DNA of 64,000 bases from Terriglobales bacterium (lineage in GTDB: Bacteria; Acidobacteriota; Terriglobia; Terriglobales; Acidobacteriaceae), in assembly GCA_025934025.1 (NCBI GenBank), contig JAICYU010000001.1, positions 587 through 64,586 on the forward strand, written 5' to 3'. The position numbers and the translations under genes are program-made. Shown here piece by piece: positions 26,934-35,651 of the stretch. Positions within the stretch are counted from its first letter, which is position 1, and each line of letters begins with the position of its first letter. The notes under the pieces are model-generated. The model searched no databases. It was given only the letters and a program-made list of their open reading frames with translations, and had not been told where the DNA came from.

Positions 26934-27743
26934 TTATCTTCTCTTGCGTGGCTTCCGCTCTCCCCACTCCAACTCAGCGAATAGGGCAAAATGGTCCGAA
27001 GCAAAGATCGGCGCAGGTTCGCGCAGGATGACTTCAGCGCGGCGGATGCGCACGCCTTTGGGGCAAAAGATGTAGTCCAACCGGCGGTCGGGCATGTTCT
27101 TCCAGCCGCGGTTCATAGGATTTTTTCGCAGCCAGGTATAGCCCGGAGCGCTGGGATGGCAGGCGCGATATGCATCCTGCAGACGCTCGCAAGCCAGTTC
27201 GATTGCGGGCTCGTCGTCTGTGGCGTTGAAATCGCCCATCAGCACCGCGCGTGAATTCGGCTTGGTCCAGCCGGCAAGCGAGAATTCATTGAGCACCATC
27301 CCCAGCTGAACAATACGCAGAGGCGCCTCTTTCGGCGCCCAGGAGAGATGCGTGGTCACTACCTCAAACTTTCCACCAGGCGATTGCAGGGTGACGAACA
27401 GTGCGACACGTGAGTCGGGAGGATGGTCATGTCCGATGGGAAGCCGCCGGTGTCGCACTGCAATAATCGGCCAGCGAGCGATTACCGCAACGCCGCCCTG
27501 GTCGGCGCTCATCACTTCAATCGGATTGCCGTACGGGCTGAACGCGACTGTTCGCAGCCCCAGGCCCCCGCCGATGGCTGCGGCCTGCTGGTACAGCTCA
27601 CCGCCGTAGCGGACCGTACACTCCTGCAGGCAAACCACGTCTGGCTGGTACTTGCGCAGCCCTTTGACAACGACATTGGCGCGCTGAGGAAACCACGCTT
27701 CACCCAGCCCTTGTAGATTTAACGTGACGCAACGAACGCGCAT
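26934..27743 (-). CDS. endonuclease/exonuclease/phosphatase (EEP) family protein
   Basis: The motifs are VTLNLQG, VVCLQE, LMGDFN and SDHFALFAELE. Confidence 0.75.
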   Translation of the reverse strand: MRVRCVTLNLQGLGEAWFPQRANVVVKGLRKYQPDVVCLQECTVRYGGELYQQAAAIGGGLGLRTVAFSPYGNPIEVMSADQGGVAVIARWPIIAVRHRRLPIGHDHPPDSRVALFVTLQSPGGKFEVVTTHLSWAPKEAPLRIVQLGMVLNEFSLAGWTKPNSRAVLMGDFNATDDEPAIELACERLQDAYRACHPSAPGYTWLRKNPMNRGWKNMPDRRLDYIFCPKGVRIRRAEVILREPAPIFASDHFALFAELEWGERKPRKRR

Positions 27744-27837
27744 GACTCAACCTACTTAGATGCTTCACCAGCTGCCGCGTTCTACGCAGAGCGGCCCGAA
27801 GCGCGAGGTGAGCTGACCTCATTTACGATATTGAAAT

Positions 27838-28188
27838 ATGCCTGCCGCAAATCCCAAATCAGTGAAAGTGCACGTCACTACGGGCGCCGGAATGGATATC
27901 GAGTGGGACGATGCGCACCAGACGCATTACAGCTTCCAGTGGCTTCGCGACGCCTGTCCTTGCGCCACCTGCAATGAGGAACGCGAGCAGAGCGGCCGCA
28001 GAGCGGGCGAGCCGGTGAAGCAGGCTGCGTCATTGCTGCCCATGTACAAGGAGCCGGTGAAGCCCAACGAGGTGAAGCCCGTAGGGCGCTATGCTCTGAG
28101 CTTCAGTTGGAATGATGGCCATACCAGCGGCATCTATTCCTGGGACTACTTGCGCGCGATGTGCCAGTGTGAAGAGTGCAGAAAGTAA
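27838..28188 (+). CDS. DUF971 family protein
   Basis: YSFQWLRDACPCATCNEE and GIYSWDYLRAMC match the DUF971 pattern (gamma-butyrobetaine hydroxylase-like N-terminal domain). The assignment is from memory. Confidence 0.6.
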   Translation: MPAANPKSVKVHVTTGAGMDIEWDDAHQTHYSFQWLRDACPCATCNEEREQSGRRAGEPVKQAASLLPMYKEPVKPNEVKPVGRYALSFSWNDGHTSGIYSWDYLRAMCQCEECRK

Positions 28189-28250
28189 ATGAACGCGCGC
28201 TTGCGTGACAAGACCATACGGGAGAGAGGACGCTCATCTGCGATCGCGGA

Positions 28251-29297
28251 CTAATTTAAGAAGAACTGCCTGTAGAGCGTATCGCGTTGTCGGGGAACGA
28301 AGCCGGCGTCGCGAATCATGCGGCGCAGTTCTTCTTCTGTCGTGCAGTTGCTGACTCCGGCAGAACGAACGACGTTTTCTTCCAGCATCACCGAGCCCAC
28401 ATCGTTCCCGCCAAAGCGCAGCCCAAGCTGGCAGACTTTCAGTCCCTGCGTCACCCAGCTTGACTGAACGTTCTCAAAATTTGAAAGAAACAGCCGCGCG
28501 ATGGCCAGCGTTTTGAGGTATTCGACTGCCGTAGCTTCTTCCCAGTGCCGGCCACCCAGCGCCGTGTTCTTCGGCTGGAACGTCCAGGGGATGAAAGCAG
28601 TAAATCCGCCGGTCTCCTCCTGCAAATCGTAAATGCGCTGAAAGTGGTTGACGCGATGCTCCAGCGTCTCGCCCACGCCAAACATCATGGTCGCTGTGGT
28701 GCGCATGCCCAGTTTGTGGGCCGTTCGATGCACGTTGAGCCAGTCTTCGGTCAGGCACTTGAGCCGCGCGATCTTGTAACGGACTTCATCGTCCAGAATC
28801 TCCGCGCCGCCGCCGGGAATGGAATCGAGTCCGGCATCGCGCAGCCGCTTGATCGTATCTTCAATCGTCAGCCCGCTCACTTCGGCGAAGTGGATGACCT
28901 CTGACGCGGAGAAGCAGTGCAGATGAACTTTCGGGAAGCGCTGCTTGATGCCGCGCAACATCTCCTCATACCACTCGATCTTCAGATCGGGATGCAGCCC
29001 GCCTTGCATCAACACGCCGGTTCCGCCGACTTCAACGGTTTCGCGTATTTTTTCGTAGATGGTCTCGAAATCGAGCACATAGCCCTTCGTACGGCCCGGC
29101 CCTTTTACGGGGGCATAAAAAGCGCAGAAGGTGCAGTACTCGGTGCAGAAATTGGTGTAGTTGATGTTGCGATCAATGATGTAGGTGACCACGCCTTCCG
29201 GATGCAGTTTGCGGCGCAATGCATCGGCCTCCATGCCGATACCGATGACATCGTCAGAGCGGAACAGATCCAGAGCTTGCACTTTGCGGAGGGACAT
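28251..29297 (-). CDS. radical SAM menaquinone (futalosine pathway) enzyme, MqnC/MqnE family
   Basis: YIIDRNINYTNFCTEYCTFCAFY contains the CxxxCxxC motif. GGLHPDLKIEWYEEM, HLHCFSASE and IPGGGAEIL follow. I cannot separate MqnC from MqnE by eye. Confidence 0.7.
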   Translation of the reverse strand: MSLRKVQALDLFRSDDVIGIGMEADALRRKLHPEGVVTYIIDRNINYTNFCTEYCTFCAFYAPVKGPGRTKGYVLDFETIYEKIRETVEVGGTGVLMQGGLHPDLKIEWYEEMLRGIKQRFPKVHLHCFSASEVIHFAEVSGLTIEDTIKRLRDAGLDSIPGGGAEILDDEVRYKIARLKCLTEDWLNVHRTAHKLGMRTTATMMFGVGETLEHRVNHFQRIYDLQEETGGFTAFIPWTFQPKNTALGGRHWEEATAVEYLKTLAIARLFLSNFENVQSSWVTQGLKVCQLGLRFGGNDVGSVMLEENVVRSAGVSNCTTEEELRRMIRDAGFVPRQRDTLYRQFFLN

Positions 29298-29441
29298 AAA
29301 CAGAAGTTGATTTTAGAACAGCAGTCAGCACTGAGCAATCGGCGTTGGGCTCGCCCGAATACGATTGCCTCTCTTGACCTTTGTGAGGTTTGACCTTTGT
29401 AGCTGGCACATTTAGCATTCTCGCCGCTGTTCACGGAGGTC

Positions 29442-31196
29442 TTGATGAAGCTGCACTTCTCTGCTGTTTTGAACTCGCGTTCGCTTGCCAAACCATTCTT
29501 GATTACCGCTCTCATGCTCGGCGCGAGCAGTCTTTTTGCCCAAACCATTATTTCTCCCGGGTTGCAGATCGGCTCCGCCAATACCGCAGTTGCTGATCCC
29601 ACTGTGCCGCGCCCTGCGACCACACCTTGCGTGGTGCAGCTATTTCAAAACCTTCAGTTTGCTGATTTCTCACCCAAGTTGTTCAGCTTCACGCCGACGG
29701 CAGCCTGCCCCGGCCCATGGGCCAAGGTGGTTCTGGAAGCCGATTTCTCCATTCAAGCAGGACGGCAGTTTGATCGCACGGCGAACATCTGGATCGGCGC
29801 AACCAACATCTATTTCGGGACCACCGCCGAGCCTTCCGCCAATGTGGCACGTTCCTGGCACATTGAACGCGATCTCACCGATTACAGCGCCTTGTTCAAG
29901 ACTTCGCAGAACGGACGAATTGACTTGGGCAATCTGGTGAACTCCACGTTCACCAGCAGCCTGTTTGGCAACGCGGACATCGCGTTCTATCCGCTGCCGA
30001 ATGATGAAGATCGCGGCCGCGATCATGCCAATGCTCCGGTTACCGCCGACGTGGTTCTGCCGCTCTCGGGCAGCGACAACGGCGGCACCGTCTTTCTCTC
30101 CAGCACGGCGAGTACTCTGGCAAAGACCTTCACGTTCCCAACCAACGTCGAGCGCGCATTTCTTGACGTCGTTGCGCAAAGTCAGGCCTCGGACGAGTTC
30201 TGGTATTCCTGTGTTCCTGACGATGTTGCAGCGGAGTTGCAGGACTGTGGATCCACCGGATTCCGCGAAACTGAAGTGACTATTGACGGGCAGGCGGCCG
30301 GCGTCGCCCCTGTATATCCCTGGGTTTACACCGGCGGCATTGATCCGCTGCTGTGGCGTCCCATTCCGGGAGTGCAAACTCTTAACTTTGTGCCTTATCG
30401 CGTGGATCTGACCCCATTTGCCGGGATTCTCAGCAACGGACAGCCGCACCAGGTCAGCCTCAACGTTTTCAATGCTGCCAATGGCTTCTCCACCACGGCA
30501 ACCCTTTTGCTGTATCTCGATCATGGATCAACTCAGGTCACCGGCGCGGTAACTAAAAATACCATTGGCTCAGGCCCCTCGCCCAGCATCACAGAGAACC
30601 TCACCAACACAAACGGAGATGTCACCGGCAACGTAACCATCACCTCCTCGCGCAGCTTCGATGTTGACGGGTTTGTGCGCACCTCGCACGGCAAGGTCTT
30701 TACCGCGGTCCATCAGAACATTGACTTCCGCAATTCTCAGGACTTCAACATCACGAATTCTGTTTTTGGGCAGATCGTTACCCAGAACACCAGCATCTCC
30801 TCCGTGACGGAAACTCGAAACCGGGAGCACAGCCAAACAGACTTCCAGAAATTCGAATGGCCCTTTGTGCTGAACTTCAACTTTGTCGTGAACCCTGATG
30901 GCACCGGCTCCCAGGCCACGACCATTCAGCAGACCTTCAACAGCAGTGAGCTGCTCCGCGAACACGGACACACCCTCTTCTTCAGCACACTTTCCAACTC
31001 AGTGTCTCCGGCAGATACGCTGCTGTTTGATTCGAATTTCAATATCACGGGCGGAGTCAACCAGAGCAACACGCAAAAGTTCTTCTCCACCGATTCAACC
31101 GGCGCCTGCTTTAGCCGGAAGATTGCCGCTGAAGGCGGCGTGCTCACCAGCATCACTGACGGAGTGGGATGCGAGGACGAAGGTAAACACCGGTAA
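29442..31196 (+). CDS. secreted peptide-N4-(N-acetyl-beta-glucosaminyl)asparagine amidase A (PNGase A/H+)-like protein
   Basis: The protein has a signal peptide (..ALMLGASSLFAQ). CPGPWAKVVLEADFSIQAGRQFDRTANIWIGATNIYFGTTAEPS resembles the PNGase A family core as I remember it. Confidence 0.5.
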   Translation: MMKLHFSAVLNSRSLAKPFLITALMLGASSLFAQTIISPGLQIGSANTAVADPTVPRPATTPCVVQLFQNLQFADFSPKLFSFTPTAACPGPWAKVVLEADFSIQAGRQFDRTANIWIGATNIYFGTTAEPSANVARSWHIERDLTDYSALFKTSQNGRIDLGNLVNSTFTSSLFGNADIAFYPLPNDEDRGRDHANAPVTADVVLPLSGSDNGGTVFLSSTASTLAKTFTFPTNVERAFLDVVAQSQASDEFWYSCVPDDVAAELQDCGSTGFRETEVTIDGQAAGVAPVYPWVYTGGIDPLLWRPIPGVQTLNFVPYRVDLTPFAGILSNGQPHQVSLNVFNAANGFSTTATLLLYLDHGSTQVTGAVTKNTIGSGPSPSITENLTNTNGDVTGNVTITSSRSFDVDGFVRTSHGKVFTAVHQNIDFRNSQDFNITNSVFGQIVTQNTSISSVTETRNREHSQTDFQKFEWPFVLNFNFVVNPDGTGSQATTIQQTFNSSELLREHGHTLFFSTLSNSVSPADTLLFDSNFNITGGVNQSNTQKFFSTDSTGACFSRKIAAEGGVLTSITDGVGCEDEGKHR

Positions 31197-31219
31197 ATCG
31201 TTTCTTTGCCGAGTTATCG

Positions 31220-31275
31220 CGCCACCTCGGGCTGGCTATCTCGATCTGATGCCACTCCGAGGCGGCGTCTTATTG
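31220..31275 (+). terminator. candidate terminator after the PNGase-like gene
   Basis: CGCCACCTCGG (31220-31230) pairs with CCGAGGCGGCG (31257-31267) with one mismatch, and TCTTATTG follows. The 26 nt loop makes this a weak call. Confidence 0.3.
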
Positions 31276-31354
31276 AATCGTCTCAGGGTGTTGACAGCGG
31301 ACAGCACGCCGCTAATTAGAACAGCGGCGAGGGGGCGGCGACGAAGCAGAGCTT

Positions 31355-31540
31355 TCACCGCGGCGGCCACTCTTGGTTCGTTGTGAGAGCAGCGAGAACG
31401 AAATCTGCCAATTGCAGCAGATTGTACTTTCCCTCAATGGCAACCCAGTCAAGTGAGCGATCCGAGACCCAGTTGCGGAAATGGAGCGGCTCTTGCTCAT
31501 TCAAGCCGTCGCGAATAGCATTCGCCACCAACTCTCTCAT
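31355..31540 (-). CDS. small hypothetical ORF (possibly a gene fragment)
   Basis: The 61 aa ORF lies in a locally A/T-richer patch. Its ATG overlaps (ATGA) the stop of a 21-codon ORF (31537..31602, MTEKLLMDCRTLGTIVKETGR). I recognise no family. Confidence 0.25.
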   Translation of the reverse strand: MRELVANAIRDGLNEQEPLHFRNWVSDRSLDWVAIEGKYNLLQLADFVLAALTTNQEWPPR

Positions 31541-31656
31541 CTGCCTGTCTCCTTGACAATCGTTCCCAGTGTCCTGCAGTCCATCAACAGCTTTTCAGTC
31601 ATAGTGACGCTGAAGGAATCAGCGCTCGTCTGTGTCCATCTGGGGGCGAAACTCGG

Positions 31657-32340
31657 CTAGTGCGCTTTGGCCGGGTTCTCCGCTTCGGCGGCGCGCTGCA
31701 TGGCCCGCTTCTTGCGGCGGCTAAGGACAAACGGACGGCGGCGACGCCGCTCCGCGTGCTTATCAATCTTCTTCCAGAAACCAACGAAGTAATCTATGGC
31801 AGAGATGATTGAGACGCCGACCATGAACCAGATGGCAAACACCGCGATCATACGAATGGGGAGGATCATGCCGTCAAAGAACGGCCAATAATCCCAGCGC
31901 ATCGCCAGGATGGCGGAAACCACCGAGATGATTTGCACCACCATCTTGAGCTTGCCCAACTCGCTGGCTTCAATGGTGAAACCTTCTGACGCGGCAATGG
32001 ATCGCAGCCCGGAAATCAGAAACTCGCGTCCCACGATAATCACTGCCACCCAGACGCTTACGATGGAAGGAATCAGTTGCACGAGCGTGATGTAGGCAGC
32101 CGCAATCATCAGCTTGTCGGCCAATGGATCCAGCAGCATGCCCATGGTGGTGATCTGGCCGCGCTTTCGGGCCAGATAACCGTCGAGCCCGTCGGTAATC
32201 GAGGCCAGGACAAAAATCCCCGAAGCCAGGATTACGCGCAGCGTCTCCTCGCGGCTGCTGAAATGCGAAGTCGTCAGCACCCAGATGATTAGCGGTACGG
32301 CCGCGATGCGAGAGAGCGTGATGTAATTAGGTAGATTCAC
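31657..32340 (-). CDS. pgsA: CDP-diacylglycerol--glycerol-3-phosphate 3-phosphatidyltransferase
   Basis: The CDP-alcohol phosphatidyltransferase motif is present: DGLDGYLARKRGQITTMGMLLDPLADKL. The GTG at 32340 gives the typical (M)NLPNYITLSRI N-terminus. The protein has a basic C-terminal extension. Confidence 0.85.
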   Translation of the reverse strand: MNLPNYITLSRIAAVPLIIWVLTTSHFSSREETLRVILASGIFVLASITDGLDGYLARKRGQITTMGMLLDPLADKLMIAAAYITLVQLIPSIVSVWVAVIIVGREFLISGLRSIAASEGFTIEASELGKLKMVVQIISVVSAILAMRWDYWPFFDGMILPIRMIAVFAIWFMVGVSIISAIDYFVGFWKKIDKHAERRRRRPFVLSRRKKRAMQRAAEAENPAKAH

Positions 32341-32410
32341 TTCGAGTGGCGCAATCGAGAGCTGTTTCTCAATGGTAGTAAACGGCCAATGCCGATGCAA
32401 GGGCGCCAGA

Positions 32411-32641
32411 TCACCTCTTGCCGTTGATCGTATTCAGGCAGCGAGTATACAAGTCCAGCAGGTGAGCCGCATAATCTTCTGCCTTATTGACTGTGCCGCC
32501 CTGAAATCCTGCCCCTGGCGCTCCGGTCTTGCCATAGCCGGTGGTGGCGGCAATGAATTTCATCATCTCCAGCGCGATTTCTTCGTTGCGGCGCGCGGCC
32601 ATCAGCCCTGATAACTGGTCCATACGTTCTGGTTCCTCCAA
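32411..32641 (-). CDS. small hypothetical protein
   Basis: The 76 aa ORF lies upstream of pgsA on the same strand. I recognise no motif. Confidence 0.4.
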   Translation of the reverse strand: MEEPERMDQLSGLMAARRNEEIALEMMKFIAATTGYGKTGAPGAGFQGGTVNKAEDYAAHLLDLYTRCLNTINGKR

Positions 32642-32731
32642 AATATGATGCCTCCTCTATTGTAAAGGGGAGCAGCGCTCAAGTTCCGGGCCGCGGCGTG
32701 ACGTGATACAACAGACTGGAAAGGCCATTCC

Positions 32732-34093
32732 TTGAGAAAGCTCTTCGGAACCGACGGAATTCGCGGCCTTGCCGGGGAGTACCCGCTGGACAGAACGACG
32801 GTTTTCGCCATTGGCCGCGCGCTGGGCGATCACCTTCCTTCCGGCCCACGGCGAGTTGTCATCGGACAGGACACGCGCGAATCGAGCCGCTGGATTGCCG
32901 ACGTGCTTTCCGCCGGGTTGGAATTTTCCGGCGTGGTGGTGGAGAGCGCAGGAGTCATTACCACGCCCGGCGTGGCTTACATTGCTCATACGCAACGGTT
33001 CTCCGCCGGCGTGGTGATTTCCGCCTCCCACAATCCCTGGCGCGACAACGGAATCAAGCTCTTCGGACCAAACGGTTACAAGCTGCCCGACCAGACGGAA
33101 CTTGAGATTGAAGGCGAGATTTTCTCTTTGCTGAAAAACCCGACAGAAGCGGGCCCAACACAATCGTGTACGGCATCGCTTCCCGGAGAAACCCGGCTAC
33201 GCTCGGCTTACATTGACTGGCTTGCCCGTCCGATTGCCGGTGCGGAAAAGCTGCGTGCCGTGATTGATTGCGCCAACGGAGCCGCCAGCGCAATCGCGCC
33301 CGAAGTTCTGCGCCGCTGCGGACTTCGTCTTGAGGTCACGCACGAACGGCCCGATGGCCGCAACATCAACGAGAATTGTGGCGCCCTGCATCCGGAAGTG
33401 GTAGCGCGTGAGGTAGTCGCGCGTGGTGCTGATTTGGGCATTTGTTTTGACGGCGATGCCGACCGCGCTCTCTTCGCCGATGCTTCCGGCAACGTGGTAA
33501 ATGGAGACGCAGTGCTGCTGCTGCTCGCGCGGCAACTGCAGCAGCGCGGCGAACTGGCCCAGGACACGGTGGTCGCCACCACCATGTCAAACATGGGATT
33601 GGAAGTAGCGCTGTCACAATCCGGAATCAACATGCTGCGTTCCCCCGTCGGCGACAAATACGTTCTGGAAGAAATGCAAAAATCAGGCGCGGCGCTGGGC
33701 GGCGAGCAATCCGGTCACATTATTCTTGCCCGCGAAGCCACCACCGGCGACGGCGTGCTCACAGCAATCCATGTGCTTGAATCACTCTGCCGCAGCGGCG
33801 TGCCGCTTGCCGAACTGGTGCAGGACCTCGAAGTTTTTCCGCAGACAATTCGCAACATCCGCGTCCGCGAAAAGAAACCGCTGGGCGAACTCCCTGAAGT
33901 TCTTGCGACCATCCGACACGCCGAGCAGGAACTGCATGGCAACGGCCGGGTGAACGTGCGCTATTCCGGTACCGAATCACTGGCCCGAGTGATGGTGGAA
34001 GCTCCGTCAGAAGCCACTGTGCAGAGACTTGCTTCTGCAATCGCGCAAGCGATTGAAAATGCCATAGGCGCAGGAGCGCCTGCCGGGCATTGA
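32732..34093 (+). CDS. glmM: phosphoglucosamine mutase
   Basis: The N-terminus is (M)RKLFGTDGIRG. The active-site loop is GVVISASHNPWRDNGIKLF. FDGDADR and GGEQSGH are also present. Confidence 0.9.
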   Translation: MRKLFGTDGIRGLAGEYPLDRTTVFAIGRALGDHLPSGPRRVVIGQDTRESSRWIADVLSAGLEFSGVVVESAGVITTPGVAYIAHTQRFSAGVVISASHNPWRDNGIKLFGPNGYKLPDQTELEIEGEIFSLLKNPTEAGPTQSCTASLPGETRLRSAYIDWLARPIAGAEKLRAVIDCANGAASAIAPEVLRRCGLRLEVTHERPDGRNINENCGALHPEVVAREVVARGADLGICFDGDADRALFADASGNVVNGDAVLLLLARQLQQRGELAQDTVVATTMSNMGLEVALSQSGINMLRSPVGDKYVLEEMQKSGAALGGEQSGHIILAREATTGDGVLTAIHVLESLCRSGVPLAELVQDLEVFPQTIRNIRVREKKPLGELPEVLATIRHAEQELHGNGRVNVRYSGTESLARVMVEAPSEATVQRLASAIAQAIENAIGAGAPAGH

Positions 34094-34108
34094 TCCAGAC
34101 TGATTCCA

Positions 34109-34408
34109 GTGAAGATTAGCGTAAAGCCGCGATACTGGATCATCTCATTCCTGGTTGGCATCGCTGCATACTTTGCTGCTCCATCTCTGACCCGGGAACT
34201 CTCGGCACAAACAGGTGTAGCCGGCGTGCTTCTCTCTGTGGCTGCATATGTTTGCGTTGTCGTCCTTCTTTTGGCGCCAGCCGTTACGCTGATTTGGTTT
34301 CTCTTCCATGTCTGGGGAAAGACCTATTACCGGGCCTGGCACATTCAGCGCATCCGGAATAACCGAGAGATGCGGCGAGTTCTCCTGCGAGGCGAGCACG
34401 AGGAGTGA
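34109..34408 (+). CDS. small membrane protein, hypothetical
   Basis: The 99 aa ORF has a GTG start, two hydrophobic helices and a basic tail. Confidence 0.45.
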   Translation: MKISVKPRYWIISFLVGIAAYFAAPSLTRELSAQTGVAGVLLSVAAYVCVVVLLLAPAVTLIWFLFHVWGKTYYRAWHIQRIRNNREMRRVLLRGEHEE

Positions 34409-34434
34409 CGGCAACTGGCGCAGGGCTCGGAGTG

Positions 34435-34818
34435 TTATCGTCTGGTTCGGTGCTGCCGCGGCTTTGCAATACTCTTCGTTTTTCTCTTGGAAACGGGCCG
34501 CTTGGTTTTCTGAAACTGCCATTCGCAATCCGGCATCCGTACGCGCGACCCGCTAAAAACAACGCCTTCAGCTTCCAGGCGGAGTCGCTGCTCGAAACCC
34601 GCTTCGCCGGGCAAAGCAATCCGTCCCCCCGCTGCTACCACGCGATGCCACGGCAGTCCTCTGGATTGGCGTAACGCCCAAACCACCTGCCGCGCAGCAC
34701 CTGGATAACCGGCGGCTAGAGCCACCGCGCCGTACGTTGATACCTTGCCGCGCGGAATCTTTAGAATGGTTTCGCGGATGCGCGGAAACATCCCGCTGTT
34801 CTCTTTAGCCTTGCTCAT
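34435..34818 (-). CDS. alkyltransferase-like (ATL) protein / MGMT DNA-binding domain protein lacking the acceptor Cys
   Basis: IPRGKVSTYGAVALAAGYPGAARQVVWAL...LPWHRVV carries PWHRV in place of the MGMT PCHRV motif. The ATG at 34818 overlaps the GNAT stop by 14 nt, and an alternative ATG lies at 34791. Confidence 0.7.
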   Translation of the reverse strand: MSKAKENSGMFPRIRETILKIPRGKVSTYGAVALAAGYPGAARQVVWALRQSRGLPWHRVVAAGGRIALPGEAGFEQRLRLEAEGVVFSGSRVRMPDCEWQFQKTKRPVSKRKTKSIAKPRQHRTRR

Positions 34819-35494
34819 ATTGCACCGTCGTAGAGTGCATGCGGACCCGCTCCCGGAAACCGAGTCTCTCATAGATCTCGATTGCTCGCGTATTCTCAAT
34901 CCGAACGGTGAGAAAAGGGAGCTCACCGGCTGAGTGAATACGAACCGCCATCTCGGTAACCAGCGCCGTAGCAAACCCAAGTCCAGTGTGCTCCGGCAGC
35001 GTGCCCACGCTGCTGATTTCGCGATAACCAGGAAAATGCAAACGAAGGCAGGCCATGGCCAGGACGCGGTCGTCCTGTTTCACGCTGAGCGCCAGCCCGA
35101 GTGCGTTCAGGCGAGGCGCCAGGCCGCGCCCGGGACGCGTGGCTCCATACAACAGGGCCATCTGCGGAACATCGTCTGGCCCAAGCTCTGAGATTGCAAT
35201 GCTCTGCCCGGCGGTCGATCGCGGTGGCTTTTCCTGCACCATCTCGTGGAGTTCCACCTTGCGTACAACCTTCCACCCGGGCGGCAGTTCAAGCTCGTGC
35301 AAAGAAAAGAGACTCACAGGCAGAGGTGAAATCTGCGCCAGAGACTGCCACGCTTCAGGCGTTGGCGCCGCGAAACCGCCGTGCGGCGACATCTCCGGCG
35401 GAAATCGCCGGGCAGCGCCGTTTACAAGCGCCAACTCGCTCTGCAAAGTTGTGAGCGCTGACCAGGTGGGGTTGTCGAGGGGATGCATCAACAA
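34805..35494 (-). CDS. GNAT family N-acetyltransferase
   Basis: The acetyl-CoA binding region is ISSVGTLPEHTGLGFATALVTEM. Confidence 0.65.
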   Translation of the reverse strand: MLMHPLDNPTWSALTTLQSELALVNGAARRFPPEMSPHGGFAAPTPEAWQSLAQISPLPVSLFSLHELELPPGWKVVRKVELHEMVQEKPPRSTAGQSIAISELGPDDVPQMALLYGATRPGRGLAPRLNALGLALSVKQDDRVLAMACLRLHFPGYREISSVGTLPEHTGLGFATALVTEMAVRIHSAGELPFLTVRIENTRAIEIYERLGFRERVRMHSTTVQYEQG

Positions 35495-35651
35495 GAGTTT
35501 ATCGGGAACCTCACCCGGATGGCATTGAGAGTCTGCGGTTCATGCTTGCGAGTAGCGGAACGAGTTGCGGACTGTACTCTGCTTCGATAGTTGTCTACGA
35601 AAGGTCGCAGAATGCTATGCTGCAAGCTCTGTAGTGGCTAAACTTGGAGGC

